A stretch of DNA of 64,000 bases from Neoechinorhynchus agilis (GCA_051530055.1 CM121341.1:16718784-16782783), one strand, 5' to 3'; shown: positions 23,461 to 36,005, counted from the stretch's first letter. The notes: a model not told the origin generated them from the sequence alone. Numbers and translations are program-made.

Positions 23461-24006
23461 TTGATGGCGCGAAATATCTTATTAGGTTTGTAATATCCTG
23501 ATAGTTTTCACGGGATGAGCATCGACCGGTACTCCTTAGGTATTTATCGGAATCGTTTGATGGTTATCATATTTAAGTCCTTCACTCGAAGATATCTGCA
23601 ATTATTTTAGTAGTTGAAGAGTCCCAAAAAGTGAAGAACCAATTAGTTCTTGAAGTTGCATAAAGTAGCACATAAATTTTAAAGCACGGCCGCTTGCGAT
23701 CAAAATAAATTCCTATTTTCTTCTGTTCACTTCGTTCAAAAAATCAAGGACACATGGAAACCATCGAGAAAATCATGCATTGCACCAGTCAAATTTGCTG
23801 AAATTATTTTTTTACTCTGATTTCATTGGAAACAATTTAGATTTCCTTTCGAAGTTTTTGCTGGTTCTAGGCAATAGGATTAATTTTATAAAACATTAGT
23901 GCCCGCAGTATTAGCAACCTCGAATATCCGCATGGCAGCTATAATTGTTTTCCAGAAGCGTCAGGAACATTTTTACGGATTTTTTTTAAAACACAAAATC
24001 ATCTTC

Positions 24007-25319
24007 TTATTTACCAACAAAAGTCGCAAAGACCATGTATCCACGATGGCCAACTGCTTCTGGGTTTCTCATTAGTGAATATGTTACTGTTTTTTCAGTC
24101 TTAGCGTTTTTGCTACTGTCCTCTGTGAAACATTGAAACTGTTCAACTCGCTTTAATTCCATTGAATGATTCAACAACTCGCTCGTTGATACATCGGTGA
24201 ATAAAATTCCATCGTCTCTACTGTCATAAAGTCGACCTACAAATTCTTGGCATTGTTCGATGCACGGACAAAAGGCACCCAATCGGCCACCATTAGGATT
24301 TAAAACCTTCTGCACTTGATCTTTACTAATTGAGACGGGGCATGAGATATAAAAATCGAATTTTAGAAAATTAGAAATTAAGAAAGACGTTTTATGGTTA
24401 ATTACATTTTTTTCTGAAATAATGAATCCTTGAATTTTTGGATATAGATGACTGGGAAAGTAATGATAATTTTAAACCACTTTTATAATGGAAGTCACCG
24501 TTGCAACTAAAACTAAGCGAGTTCGTCTTTTTATAACTAACGAAATGATAATAAACCCGACGAGTTTCGAAACGTTTTTAATAAAAAATTATTTACCTGG
24601 TAAAGTGCGTGCATCGCATTCTTGACTTTTCTTCGAAAAAATCAAAGAACGTGGCAAACTAAACCCGAGATTGAAAGTATCACAATTAGTCTATAGCGTC
24701 CGCTGGACGTGGCATATCCAGAAAAACAGCATCTACATAATCAGGCATCCCATCTAGTCGAAATCCGTCTTCGATTACATCCCGGCATATCGCCGTAACA
24801 AAATCAGACACTTTATGCTGTTTAAAATCTCTAATAGCTCGATCGCATCGGTCTATGTGAAAATCGAAAGTGTATAAATGTCCCGTCGGATACTAAAAAA
24901 GATTGTTTCTTAAGACCGTTCCTTTTCAAAGACAACCTTTTCTCGCTTTAAATCGCTTTGATTAGAGCATGGGACAGCGATGCCGATCCGATACCTGCTT
25001 CGACAACGACCTTTCCTGGCTCCAAGTCCAGTTCCGTGAGAATCTGGGATATTTGGCCGTGATAAAGAGTCTGAGTCCGGTGATCAACTAGATCAGTAAA
25101 TCTCAAAGAGTCACCCTGCATCACGACTAGATTCCCGGTACCCAAAGCGTATCGCCGATTATATTGCCTTCCAATAATATCGCTATGCTTCAACATTCCA
25201 AATTGAGTGTTCGTTGATCCATTGGCGCTAATTGTAACGAACTGCCGTTTATGGCAATGGGTACTAATTACAACGACGTCCCCTTCTTTTATAAAATTTT
25301 CACTTCTGCAAAAGCTCAT
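24007..25319 (-). pseudogene. TRMT61A: tRNA m1A58 methyltransferase catalytic subunit, disrupted
   Basis: VEAGIGSASLSHAL, PTGHLYTFDFH, DAVFLDMP, FCPCIEQ and HRGYMVFA motifs. The intron 24893-24950 lacks the G of the GT donor, and a 366-bp insertion splits a coding exon. Confidence 0.9.
24325..24690. mobile_element. 366-bp TIR insertion in TRM61 coding sequence
   Basis: Ends ACTAATTGAGAC / ATCACAATTAGT (10/12 inverted match) with flanks CTTT/CTAT. Removing it restores ...ADAIDQVQKV. Contains a degenerate family-A hammerhead at ~24540-24605. Confidence 0.75.
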
Positions 25320-25499
25320 CTAAAACGTGGCTAAATGATACGAATGTCGGATTCTTTGCAATCATTGAATTTTAGCTGGTGTTTAGAAAAATTTTCTTTA
25401 GGAAAAAAGATGAGTAGAACAATTGTTCTATATAATAAATAAACAACACATTTTCAAAAGAACAGAGGTTTTCCATTGTAAATTTCGAAGTTAATAAAT

Positions 25500-25649
25500 C
25501 TGTGTCGATGTGTGAGGTAATGGTTTATATGATCAGAATTATTGTTTAGGTCTTTACCCGGCAAAAAATGTTTTATTAAAGAAGTTTCGAACCACGTCGG
25601 GTTCATCATCAGTTTGTTTCCAAACTTATGAAGACCTAAACAACAAATC
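25500..25649 (-). mobile_element. 150-bp fold-back hammerhead element, family A, with 8-bp TSD
   Basis: Arms TTGTTGTTTAGGTCTT / AAGACCTAAACAATAA; ends ATCGACACAG; TAATAAAT on both sides (25492-25499, 25650-25657). Copy A of the duplication has an empty site (TAACAAAT, ~378-385). Confidence 0.85.
25581..25612 (-). ncRNA. Minimal hammerhead ribozyme, family A (ACGT mutated to ACTT)
   Basis: CTGATGA-T-GAACC(cgacgt)GGTTC-GAAACTTC. Confidence 0.78.
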
Positions 25650-25879
25650 TAATAAATTTATGTGTTTAGTCGCGGCAAATCATTAAAAAATTTGAATGTT
25701 CATAATGTTAGCTATTTTCTTAGGGTAAAATTGAAAGTTTTGTTCACAGCTGAAATCCACAAAAAAACTTCGGAACAACGTAAATGCTTGATCTTAAAAG
25801 TTCATTAACTATCAAAGGTATATACACTCGCAATTACATTTAAGAATAATCTGAATAACCGTTTAAACTTTGATTTTGC

Positions 25880-26419
25880 TTATTTTAGACGACGTATAAG
25901 ACCGAAAATGTTTGGTAAATAATCCGATAGCCATCGGTCCGTGATGATCATCCATTCAACCATCGAAATGTTTGAGTCGTTGAGAAATATGGAAATGCTT
26001 GCCGGTAGAGATGCCACCGATGGTTGTTTGATTGCAGTCCACAAAATTGCGGCAGATATTATGAGCCAAATTACAATCAGGAATTTAAGCACAAGATTCG
26101 AAATCGCTGTAATTTTATTTTCATCTTGCTTTTTGAGTTCATCGTTGACATATTGAGTTATTTTGTTTATTTGCCGACCAATTTGGAAATAACGGAGCAT
26201 ATCTCGTTCCTGGTTTAATTGGCTACGCTCTTTTATCAATCGCTTCACTTCCGCTGTCTGTTTTTCGAACTGTTTCAATCGGAGGCGTTTTAGAATGCTT
26301 AAATAACATTCGTAGATAAATATAAGGATTACTGGTAAAAAGCGTAGGCTAAGAACGAGACAGACGCCCAAAATGAGCAAGTGAAGATTTGGTCGTCGTT
26401 GAGATGACGGCTGTTTCAT
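25880..26419 (-). CDS. GET1: GET1/WRB, copy 2
   Basis: 179 aa, differs from copy 1 at two residues (F/I, L/I). Confidence 0.75.
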   Translation of the reverse strand: MKQPSSQRRPNLHLLILGVCLVLSLRFLPVILIFIYECYLSILKRLRLKQFEKQTAEVKRLIKERSQLNQERDMLRYFQIGRQINKITQYVNDELKKQDENKITAISNLVLKFLIVIWLIISAAILWTAIKQPSVASLPASISIFLNDSNISMVEWMIITDRWLSDYLPNIFGLIRRLK

Positions 26420-26571
26420 AGATTTGCCCTTTGTTAGAAATGTCTAAAAATGCAGAAGGAATCTAAATGCGTCAAGGAAAAGAAATGAATAGAAGAGTCA
26501 TTTAGGTCTTCACGCGATAAATAACACTTCTGATCACCTGTCAACTCACATACCGATAAACGAAATGGAGA

Positions 26572-27040
26572 ATGTCTAATGAATTGAAAAATGGTGGTCA
26601 AACTGAATCAAGTACCGAGGATTTGACTGACTTCAAAAGATGGGTAAAATCTCAATTAACTCGGTTCGTATCCGAATATGTAAAAAACCAACTAGTTCAG
26701 ATAATACCGACCCAATAGTTATTCTTGAAGTTGTTCCTTGTCCGTAGAAAGTATTATCGCAAAAAATTCGTCAATGACATTGAATTAATGGGCCCACAAG
26801 TCAGAAGAAAATGCGTTTCGGTCGGAGATGATCTTTATTTTAAATTTGCTAAGCATTGAATCAAGCGTTTACATTGCGTACAGACTAGTTTTTACCGCAA
26901 TCTTCCAAGGTTTTTGTGCATTCTTTGAGCGAAAGATACCCGATTCTCGCTTAATGTGGTGTCCGTTTGTGATATCTCTGCCCCATTGAAATCCCCTAAG
27001 AAAACCTATAGCCGAAATTTTTGTCACTAATCTCAATTAA
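26572..27040 (+). pseudogene. Second copy of the frameshifted CARD-like remnant
   Basis: Duplicate of 1319-1790 with an extra stop and indel. Confidence 0.25.
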
Positions 27041-27069
27041 AAATTTCGGCGTTAATGTTCGCCTTCAAT

Positions 27070-27964
27070 CTAAGAAAAGTTCACAGCTTCTAGGATCTTA
27101 TCAGCTCTATAAGACGATCTTAAAAACTTCCCGCTCGCAACACCGACAAAGCCAAGCTTCTCAGCCTCCAGTTTCCAGTATTCGAATTTCTCATCACTTA
27201 TGAACTCTTTGACCTTTAGATGATTCTTGATCGGTTGAAGGTACTGACCAAGTGTAACGCTATCCACTCCAGCATTTCAAACTTAGCTTCTTTAGCCGTC
27301 CTAAGAACATTTAGTGATTGATCAAACGAAGCACGGCGATCCCTCATCAATCTCTGCAACTCCCTAACAGTCTCCACATTATGAGAATAAAAATCAAGAC
27401 CACTTTCAATGGCCATCTTCTTCACCAAATCCAAATTTCCTCCAAAATCCGATGTTAGGCATTCCACTTTCACGTTTGGATACCGCTTTTTAAGTTCCTT
27501 AACACATTGAACGAAATGATCACATTCGTGATCCACAAGATCGTCTCTTGTGACAGTCGTAATGACAATGTACCGAAGTGCTCGCTTGCCTAATAGATTG
27601 GAATTAGCAACAGCTTTGGCTACTTTTTGAGGTTCGTAGCTTTGGTCTTGACTGAACAAAACCGGCACGCTCGGGTACATACATCGCCCATTATCATGAT
27701 TGCAGCTGTTCCATGAGACCAGTATTCAGCACGATTTGGACATTTGGCCTCCTCGCAAACAGTGCTCAGGTTTCCGAAGTCATTTAGAGCTTTACCAAGA
27801 TTTCGAGATGGTGAAAGCGGTACTTTCGGTAAGCATCCACGTCCTCCTGATTTTTGAACAAAGTAGGAGAGTCCCGGAGAACCCGGCTTGTTCCATTTAT
27901 ACATCGGAGCTACGGATGACGAGAAACGGACGGACTGAAATCGTCGAAAAACCAATAACGACAT
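27070..27964 (-). pseudogene. LIAS: Lipoyl synthase pseudogene, copy 2
   Basis: Same two frameshifting deletions as copy 1, plus loss of the third Cys of CX4CX5C (AEYW). Confidence 0.93.
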
Positions 27965-28034
27965 CTTCTCAAGTAGTCATGTGAAATTAAGAAATGATGT
28001 CTATAAGAATTATTAGCGACGACCTTCAAAGGTT

Positions 28035-28850
28035 TTCTATATCGTGCCTACAATATCTGCAGCGAGGAGTGCGTCACATATGAAATCCAACAGCCAAAGC
28101 GAATTTTCAGCTAGTTGAGTACCCAAAAGATATTCTTACTTCAGCGCGAGAGCAAGTGGACCGTGCGAGGAACACCCTGGGACGGAATCGAATGGACCTA
28201 AGCATTAGAGTTCCGGACAGCGAACCACGAACCAACTGTTGGCGTTGCAAAATCTAGAGGATAATTAAGAACAGCGATCTGCCGAAAAAATACCCATTTT
28301 ATTTTCGGCCTTCACTACTGATACGAAACCTCATTTCCAGGAAATAGCAAGAGGTAAAAAAAGAGGGTTGTTGCCTACAAATTTTCTTGTAGAAAAAAAT
28401 GCAACAGCAATTAAATCGGACAAACAGGTCGGAATTTTAAGACGAAATTGGCAGAAAATAAGCGGTTCAGGACGTTATTGCGTTGAACGAGGTGCAAACT
28501 GGCCACTTCGTTGCCAATTACAACCAAATAATGGTTTTAGACAGTGAACGAAATAACTTTTGACGCTTTATTAAGAAAGTTTTCTTAATCAAAGAACAGA
28601 AACCGGACCTGAATGACCAACGAGGCTACAAACTCTGTCTTCAAAGCTAACAAAAAGGAAACTACAAAATCAAAAATAAGTCCGTTTGAGAGTGGAATAA
28701 CCATTTAACAACTTGTATTTTAGAACTGATGATGAACCCCAAGAAGTTCGAAACGTTCTTAAAAATGGGTTATTTACCGTGTGAAGACTTCTAGACAATA
28801 ATTCAAATCATTAAATCGCGTAAACTCCTCACATATCGATATCTTGAATG
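28035..28850 (+). mobile_element. Penelope-like element 3' fragment, duplicate of 2780-3587
   Basis: Near-identical to copy A. Confidence 0.8.
28726..28757 (+). ncRNA. Minimal hammerhead ribozyme, family A, duplicate of 3473
   Basis: CTGATGA-T-GAAC(cccaagaa)GTTC-GAAACGTT. Confidence 0.75.
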
Positions 28851-29362
28851 TGACGGATAAAAAGAAATCTCTAGTAAGCAAAGCGATGCTCTGGATGGAT
28901 GAAAGAATTGCACTTTGTTGAGGGTTCTTTATTAAGTCGAACAAAAATCCAATGTAATGGTCGTTCAAAGTCTTATTTGTTAAGATCAATAGTTTATGAA
29001 GGTTTAATTCGGGATTTATTTCTAATGAAATGTAATATTCTGATTTAGGACATCTCTTACTCGACTTTTCCTTTAGACAAACAGCCACATCGATATCTTG
29101 CATCGGAGAAGTGATTGAATCCCTTAAAACAATGAAACTTACGGTAAAGAGTTTGTACATCCATCCAGATCCTCAGATACCTCTCAAGGAGGCGAGACTC
29201 ATCAGTGAATTTCCTAAATTCAGCAGTAATTCGTTCCCTATGGCTGTGAGTTATCGGCAGTCGTGGATTGTAACTCTTTTGACCCTGAAAGGAACTCGAT
29301 AATATTTTTAGGCCTGATAATTTTGCCATTTTGTGTATGAAAATACTCATTTTTGAAGGAAA

Positions 29363-30613
29363 TTAATCATTTTTTATTTCGTGACTGTAAAAATCTTCAA
29401 TAGTTGTCCCCGCTAACGAATCCTCTTTTCTTGAAGACACTTTGCTCATTAACATTTCAATGCGGTTCATTATTCGTTTTCGAACTGGTCTTCTATGTTG
29501 TTCTTCGGTTAGCCAATAATTCGAACTTAGATAGACAACGACAACGAATGCGAGAACACCCAAAAGTCCTGTTACTAGAACGACAGTAACTTGTTTTCTA
29601 GAATTCGAAACAGCATTTAAATCATTTGCTAGATCTTTAGGAATCCTAATCGAAATCAACTGACTGCTTGCACTTTCCACGAGATCAAGAACAGGGCGCT
29701 CGACTGCCAAAGCTTTATTACTGCTTCCTAAAATCACCTGAACTGTACAAAGATCATCGCTTAGAATTTCCTCAACATCCACGTTAACTTGGATTTGATG
29801 AACACCCATGGCGAGGGTCTTAATTGTTCGAGGACGATGTAACGCAAATAATAAATTTGGAAAGCCTTCAACTGTGTTCCCGTAGACAGTGACACAACAA
29901 ATGATTGTGGATAGGAAACGATTCACGGCATTCAGTTGGAACTCTTCTCTGTAGTTAGTCAAGAAAAATGGCTTTCCTACAATAACCAATTCAACTGATA
30001 TCTCATAGACCCAAGTCATTGACGATAGAAATCTCTTTTCCTCTTGACTGTCTTGTAGGCGACGGAGGAAGGAGAAAAGATTCGGTTCTTATAATCGATC
30101 AATTTCTTGCCTAAAACCAATTATAAAATTCAGGCTCTATCGCGAAAACAAATAAACAGTTGGAAATTTTGTTAAAATTTAGACCAGGCGAATTTGCTTT
30201 ATTCTTTTTGAAATTAATCTCCCGCCGCCTTCATACTGAATTGCGTTTGAGAATTCTGCAATATCTTCAAATCCGGGAAGATAAAATTCTGTTATGACTC
30301 CAATTTTATACGTTCCAGCGTGTACAAATCCTACGTTCTCGATTCGTAGTCCAGCTCTGCAATCAGCTGGCATTGAAACCTTCCTGAGTAAACGTTCGTG
30401 ATGCTGAGGATCCGGAATAGTATTGTACGCTGGATAGAAGATCCAATTGCAGTGCAAAGCTGGATACTTTACTTCATTTCGCAAAAACTCAGAACCCAGC
30501 TCGACTTCCAAGCTACCTTCAAAACGAGTCATCCTTGAAGAAAACAATGTGGACCTCCCATCAACTGTTGCGCCAATGACCACCGCAACCAAAATGTAGT
30601 GTCTTATAAACAT
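29363..30613 (-). CDS. Type I membrane protein with Ig-like ectodomain (at least 2 exons; junction not resolved)
   Basis: Exon 30613-~30186: signal peptide, CNWIFY and LRIENVGFVHAGTYKIGV (cf. Ig V-set LxIxNVxxxDSGxY). Exon ~30050-29363: beta-rich segment, TM VTVVLVTGLLGVLAFVVVVYL, basic stop-transfer. Confidence 0.6.
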
Positions 30614-30746
30614 GGATCGTTGATTTCTAAGGCGGTGTTGGTAAAAACTGGCGTTACCATATCAACTGGTAATTTATGCTAAATTAAAATCATTGGGAAT
30701 GCTAAAATTCGATTTTCATGAACTTTAGAAACAATATATTTTTTAG

Positions 30747-31208
<462 letters not shown>

Positions 31209-32029
31209 TGACGCTAGTAAAGTTCAACGATTAAGTACGAAAAATACATTGCGTCGTAACGAATATTTAACGTTTTCAGGGAAACATTGAGGCACGAGAA
31301 TCCCTTCGCTTCTTACATCGTATTTTTTACGCAGATTCCATATCGTTAATATGAGCTTTGCTAGGCGAAAATATTAGTGTATGGCACAAATGGGAGCAAG
31401 AAGTAAAGATGCGCGTTAACATCAAAGACATTTTCTTGGATCCAGTGGCAAAACACTGATTGATTTTTGAGAATTAACACTGCAAGAGTAATTTATGAAC
31501 TTATTGTAATCAATAACTTTTTATTAATCATCGAGAGAAAATCCATCGGGATGGTAGAATTTTTAGTTCCGGTGATCATAATCCCGATTAGATCACATTT
31601 TATTGAATTAATCGCCTCATCTATCAGTGGTTCTTAGTATTCAAGACAATGGCAATTGACGCTTGGAAAAAACCAAGACAACAATAGGCATTTAGTGTAA
31701 ACTTCAGCCTATTGCCTCCATTGGAACCGCGAAATAGCAATGCCGCCGACGTTTAGTACGATAACAAGGAAAGTTAAATCGAAACATGGAACCACTCTGT
31801 TCAAAAATTTAACAATAAAGACAAGTTCCTCGTTATTAATCCATTGAGTTCAGTATTTTCTTTTTAAACAAAAAGATCCGTTGTGAAACTTCGTAAGTGA
31901 GAGTGCAAAATAAATAGCGATGATAAACATTGAAAAAGAATAGATAACGCCACATGCTAATAATCGAAAAAATATGATAAACATTGGAAGCAAAAGATTA
32001 ATGGTAAACTCTGCGATCAGTGCGATTCA

Positions 32030-32731
32030 CTAAGCCACCGATCAGCGCGAAGTACCTGAGGATTTTGATTTTCTGCGAAGAATCATTAGTTTGCGATTTG
32101 ATCGTAATAAATATTGATTTGTGTGGCGATATCTATTATCGATTCGGTGAAGCTTATTTAATGCCTTTGCTGGAACGCAAATTAGGAGTTATTTACAAAA
32201 GCAATTCAAACGCCAATGCAAATATTGGTGTTTGCCAAAAATTGTTTGATGTTTGTTTGAAGGTACCTCCACCCAATCGCATTGTTGCTTGCCTCCATTT
32301 TAGCGAAATAGTCGACACTTTCGATCAGCCATTGATATACTTCGAATTTTTCCACCATCTTCTTTGGACTTGTAGTGATCGCCAATCAAATAAATTGACG
32401 AAATGATAAGTCGATGTCTACTTGTTCAAAATCTGCAATTATTTTTATTAGGATTCGGATCAATTTTTGAATTCAACGATTGTGCCAAGTTGGGTATTGT
32501 CGTTGTTAGGAGAATTGGAATCCGTTTCTAAAACTCGAGTTGAAGCGAATTTTTGCTGGATGAAGTATTTCCACTGCCGTTGTTGAGCTCTCCTCTTTCG
32601 TATTAACCTTGGTGACTAAATTGGAATTGTAGCATTTTCTAATTAGCAACTTTCAATAACTCACAAGTAACAGTTTCGTTTGATCGATCCGGCAATTCGC
32701 CTTTGCTTGAACAATCCGCTTTGTTTTCCAT
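32030..32731 (-). pseudogene. FoxO-like forkhead pseudogene
   Basis: LSFRQFI*LAITTSPKKMVEKFEVYQWLIESVDYFAKMEASNNAIGWR (32265-32410) parallels ELIQLAITTSAEQRLTLQEIYNWMISNVEYF of the intact gene at 62.6 kb; in-frame TGA at 32386-32388 plus frameshifts. Confidence 0.75.
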
Positions 32732-32892
32732 TTAATTGTATTGAGTCTTGAAAAAATAATATTTTCATTGTGCTCGTCGCCTTTTATCGATGAAAAATTC
32801 TATTGTGTAAAGGTATTGAAAATTGGATCACCAATTTTGATTTGTTAAAAAAAATCGTGTCTGAAATTCATGAAATAAACTGGGTCATGTTA

Positions 32893-33060
32893 AATAAAAA
32901 CAATATTATTTGTATCTGGCGCAAAAATTAAAAGAAATATATTGATTCAAATATGTTGTGCCTTTATCAAGGTTGTTTGCAAGTGTTTACGACGACCTTG
33001 ATAAAGGCGAATCAATAAATTTCTTTTAATTTTTACACCAGATACAAACATGAACAATTC
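32893..33060. mobile_element. MITE family M copy
   Basis: TGTATCTGGCGCAAAAATTAAAAGAAAT...CCTTTATCAAGGT / ACCTTGATAAAGG...ATTTCTTTTAATTTTTACACCAGATACA. Confidence 0.75.
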
Positions 33061-33095
33061 AATTTTCAAAAACAACAACAACATTACGAAATCTA

Positions 33096-33650
33096 ATGGC
33101 GACCAGTTCATCGAAGAAGTCATTTAAGACGAATTTAGTACTCATGAATGGAAACCATGCACACTTCAACGAATTCGAATGCATACGGATGACTGAGAAA
33201 TGGACAGACATTTCAATGGTTTGTTTTTCCGATGAATACCTTAAAGGGAAATTGGCAAATATGGACATGATACTGAATTAAAAGATGCTAACCTAAAAGT
33301 AGATTGTGTTATAACTGGTTGCGTTGCAGTTGATCCTAGAAATGGAAACCGAATCGGGAAAGGCCTTAGATACGGCGATCTTGAACATGCAATTCTCAGT
33401 GAATGTGCCATTTTATCAACTGCGATTCCAATAATTGCTGTGTGCCATTCTTGCCAACTTGTTGATTTTCCACCACAATTAATAAGATCTCATGATGTCG
33501 CCGTGGACATAATCGCAACCGAAAAAAATGTTATCAAGACTAATTTTGAAGTCTGAAATAGAACCCGAACTCAATGGAGATTATTGACTAGTACGCAAAT
33601 CAATCAAATAACTTTGCCAAAGGACTTAAAACGCGATCAGTCAACAGAAG
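33096..33650 (+). pseudogene. MTHFSD: Methenyltetrahydrofolate synthetase domain-containing protein pseudogene
   Basis: KVDCVITGCVAVD...RIGKGLRYGDLEHAIL...VCHSCQLVD...HDVAVDIIAT; N-terminus shortened by deletions, with stops and frameshifts; premature TGA at 33554-33556. Confidence 0.85.
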
Positions 33651-33769
33651 TACCAATATCCTGAGCAAAAAATAATAATGAAGAATCGGACTTAAAAAAT
33701 ATTTTCAAATTTTATTATTATTGTGGGCCAGGATAAAAAACATTATTTATTAGATCACTACCCCGCATA

Positions 33770-34801
33770 TCACTTTTTAAGATGTGCTTCCAATCTCTGA
33801 AGCTTCACCAGTGCACCCTTAATGTAGCATGATAAATGTTCATTAGCCTGATTAAGTTCATGTGATGCTACAAGAGATTGCAGACGAGATGGTACTTGCA
33901 AAGGAGGAAGTAATTGGGTTATATCTTCAGGAAGTAAAGCTTCGCCCTTCGCCCTTCGCTGTTCATTTTCCCGACGACGTTCAATCGTTAGGTTATGACG
34001 CTGTTGATTGAATCGCTGTAATTGCCTGGCATAGGTAGAAATTCCATAGCTTTCTGTAATTAGGTTGTCTAATCGAACAGCAAGGCCATCGAGAGCAGAC
34101 TCGAGTACGGACGAAGAATCGATATCTAGAACCTTTTCATCACTGGGATGGCTAGCTGCGATATCCATCATAAGAAGTGATGTCAATGGAGGTGATTTGA
34201 CTGCGATTGGGATTTCTTGAAGAAGCGACTTATAGGTTATTCCTCTTCGACTTATAAGTTCAGGAGGGACATCAGCCAGGTTCGCGGTAAGAGAAAGAGC
34301 ACTTTTGCTAAGCCGAAAAGCCTTGAGATTTATAGCACCAGCATCTGATCTAATAGGATCGTAAATCAAGGCTACATTTACACCCGTTCGACGATTATAG
34401 TCCTGCAATGAAACAGCGAGGTTCATTCCTTCGGCGACTAAGTTTGTAGATCGACTTGCGGTTGGAGGTACAGTTTGATAGAATCCGAGTTGAAGATAGT
34501 CGCATCCCGATTCACGGAGGAAATTGATCATTTCTGATTGGTATTGTTCCGGATCATTGGGAGATGGAGCTGGGATGGCTGCTTCGCTCTGATGACGAGG
34601 TGCATAAGTGTTTGGCAAGGCAAAGCAATTGGTGATCTCAAGGACGTTTTCCATAAAGAGACCAACCAAACTGCCACTGGCCATTTCCTCACCTTCATCA
34701 GCCGCATGCTCGACTATTTTGGACACAACAACTGGGTCAATGTGGATCAAATCGTAATTAATCGATTCGGATTCTGTTCCGTTGATAGTGCTTGGTTCCA
34801 T
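33770..34801 (-). CDS. EIF3H: Translation initiation factor 3 subunit H, intronless CDS
   Basis: MPN domain IDPVVVSKIVEH...LVGL...LEITNCFALP, QYQSEM...GFYQ, LIYDP...LKAFRLS; RRRENEQRRAKGEALLPED. ATG at 34801, preceded by a TTTTCAG acceptor. Confidence 0.93.
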   Translation of the reverse strand: MEPSTINGTESESINYDLIHIDPVVVSKIVEHAADEGEEMASGSLVGLFMENVLEITNCFALPNTYAPRHQSEAAIPAPSPNDPEQYQSEMINFLRESGCDYLQLGFYQTVPPTASRSTNLVAEGMNLAVSLQDYNRRTGVNVALIYDPIRSDAGAINLKAFRLSKSALSLTANLADVPPELISRRGITYKSLLQEIPIAVKSPPLTSLLMMDIAASHPSDEKVLDIDSSSVLESALDGLAVRLDNLITESYGISTYARQLQRFNQQRHNLTIERRRENEQRRAKGEALLPEDITQLLPPLQVPSRLQSLVASHELNQANEHLSCYIKGALVKLQRLEAHLKK

Positions 34802-35672
34802 TGAGCTGGTTAACGACAATCTCTGAAAAAATAAGCTACAAACCCGGAATTTTCGACGTTGGGCTGAATGGGGAGGGTGTGGATCGCTATTAATTAAAAA
34901 TGCTTTTATTTACGATCAATTTTCGAGTTTAAATTAACCACGTGCATCTAAGCAGATAAAATAGTAACAATTTAAACCAATAATCGATTTATTAGAAAAA
35001 TTACTTTTGAATATATGATACTTTAACTATAGATTTTTGAGAGTACATGCTCTAAAGAACAACCTGCAATAATAATTGTCATCGAATATCATTTCTCCAG
35101 ATTTAATTTTCTACAATTTTTTATTTTAAAAACATCTTGTTTCATTTAGCTTTCAAATTTTCTTTTTTAACCTAATAAAATGATCATCATTGTGAGTAAA
35201 TTACTTATGCAAAACGAGTCATTTCGAGTTTTAAATAAATCTAAATTAAGTCAAAAAAAGAAGTCATGCTTTACCAAAACCATTTTATGTAATAAAACTC
35301 TCGAATATGTACCTTTTAAGTTTATTTTCCACTAATCGAAACCAATTCATTTTTGAACTAAATTCAAAAAACCATCAAACGAACTCAATTCCGGCGCAAA
35401 AACCCGGCCGCGTGTGCAATTCTTCAACTGCATCCAATCTTTCGCAATCTTAGCGGTTTATTTAGAACGTTGTCGTTTTAATAGCTAATTTCACCTTCTT
35501 GTCGAAAAATGGGAATAATTGCTGGCTGTTCATTTTTAGGATTTCACTTATGAGATCGATGCTGGATGGCGAAATTTTGAATCTTAAATGTAGTGTCGGA
35601 ATATGGATGACAGAGTTTTCACTGTTAAAAAAAACCTGGAGCACATATTAAAGAATCTGATTTAAGTTTTAA

Positions 35673-35792
35673 TGGCGAATTTTAATACACTCGAGCTTTA
35701 GCTTCCATTTTTAGATGCTTGAGAAGGAGGCTGAGGCCTTGAAAATTCGCAATGAAGATTTCAATAAAACTCGAGTGTGTTACAATTCGCCA
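35673..35792. mobile_element. Small MITE-like inverted repeat
   Basis: TGGCGAATTTTAATACACTCGAG / CTCGAGTGTGTTACAATTCGCCA. Confidence 0.6.
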
Positions 35793-35809
35793 CTGAGTAT
35801 ACAATGTTT

Positions 35810-36005
35810 TTAGATTGAATTATTCATGCTTATCTATGGCGGAAAACTTAAGAAATTTATTAATTCCGATATTTTACAGGTACAATATCGTACCTTTAGC
35901 TCACGTATTTAAAAACTTACGAGCAACCTCGATATAGGTATGAGATTGTGCCTTAGAAATACCGAATTTAATAAATTCCTTAAATTTCCGCCATAAACAA
36001 GCAGT
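35810..36005. mobile_element. MITE family M copy (a half copy also lies at 36140-36215)
   Basis: ATGGCGGAAAACTTAAGAAATTTATTAATTCCGATATTT / AAATACCGAATTTAATAAATTCCTTAAATTTCCGCCAT. Confidence 0.72.
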
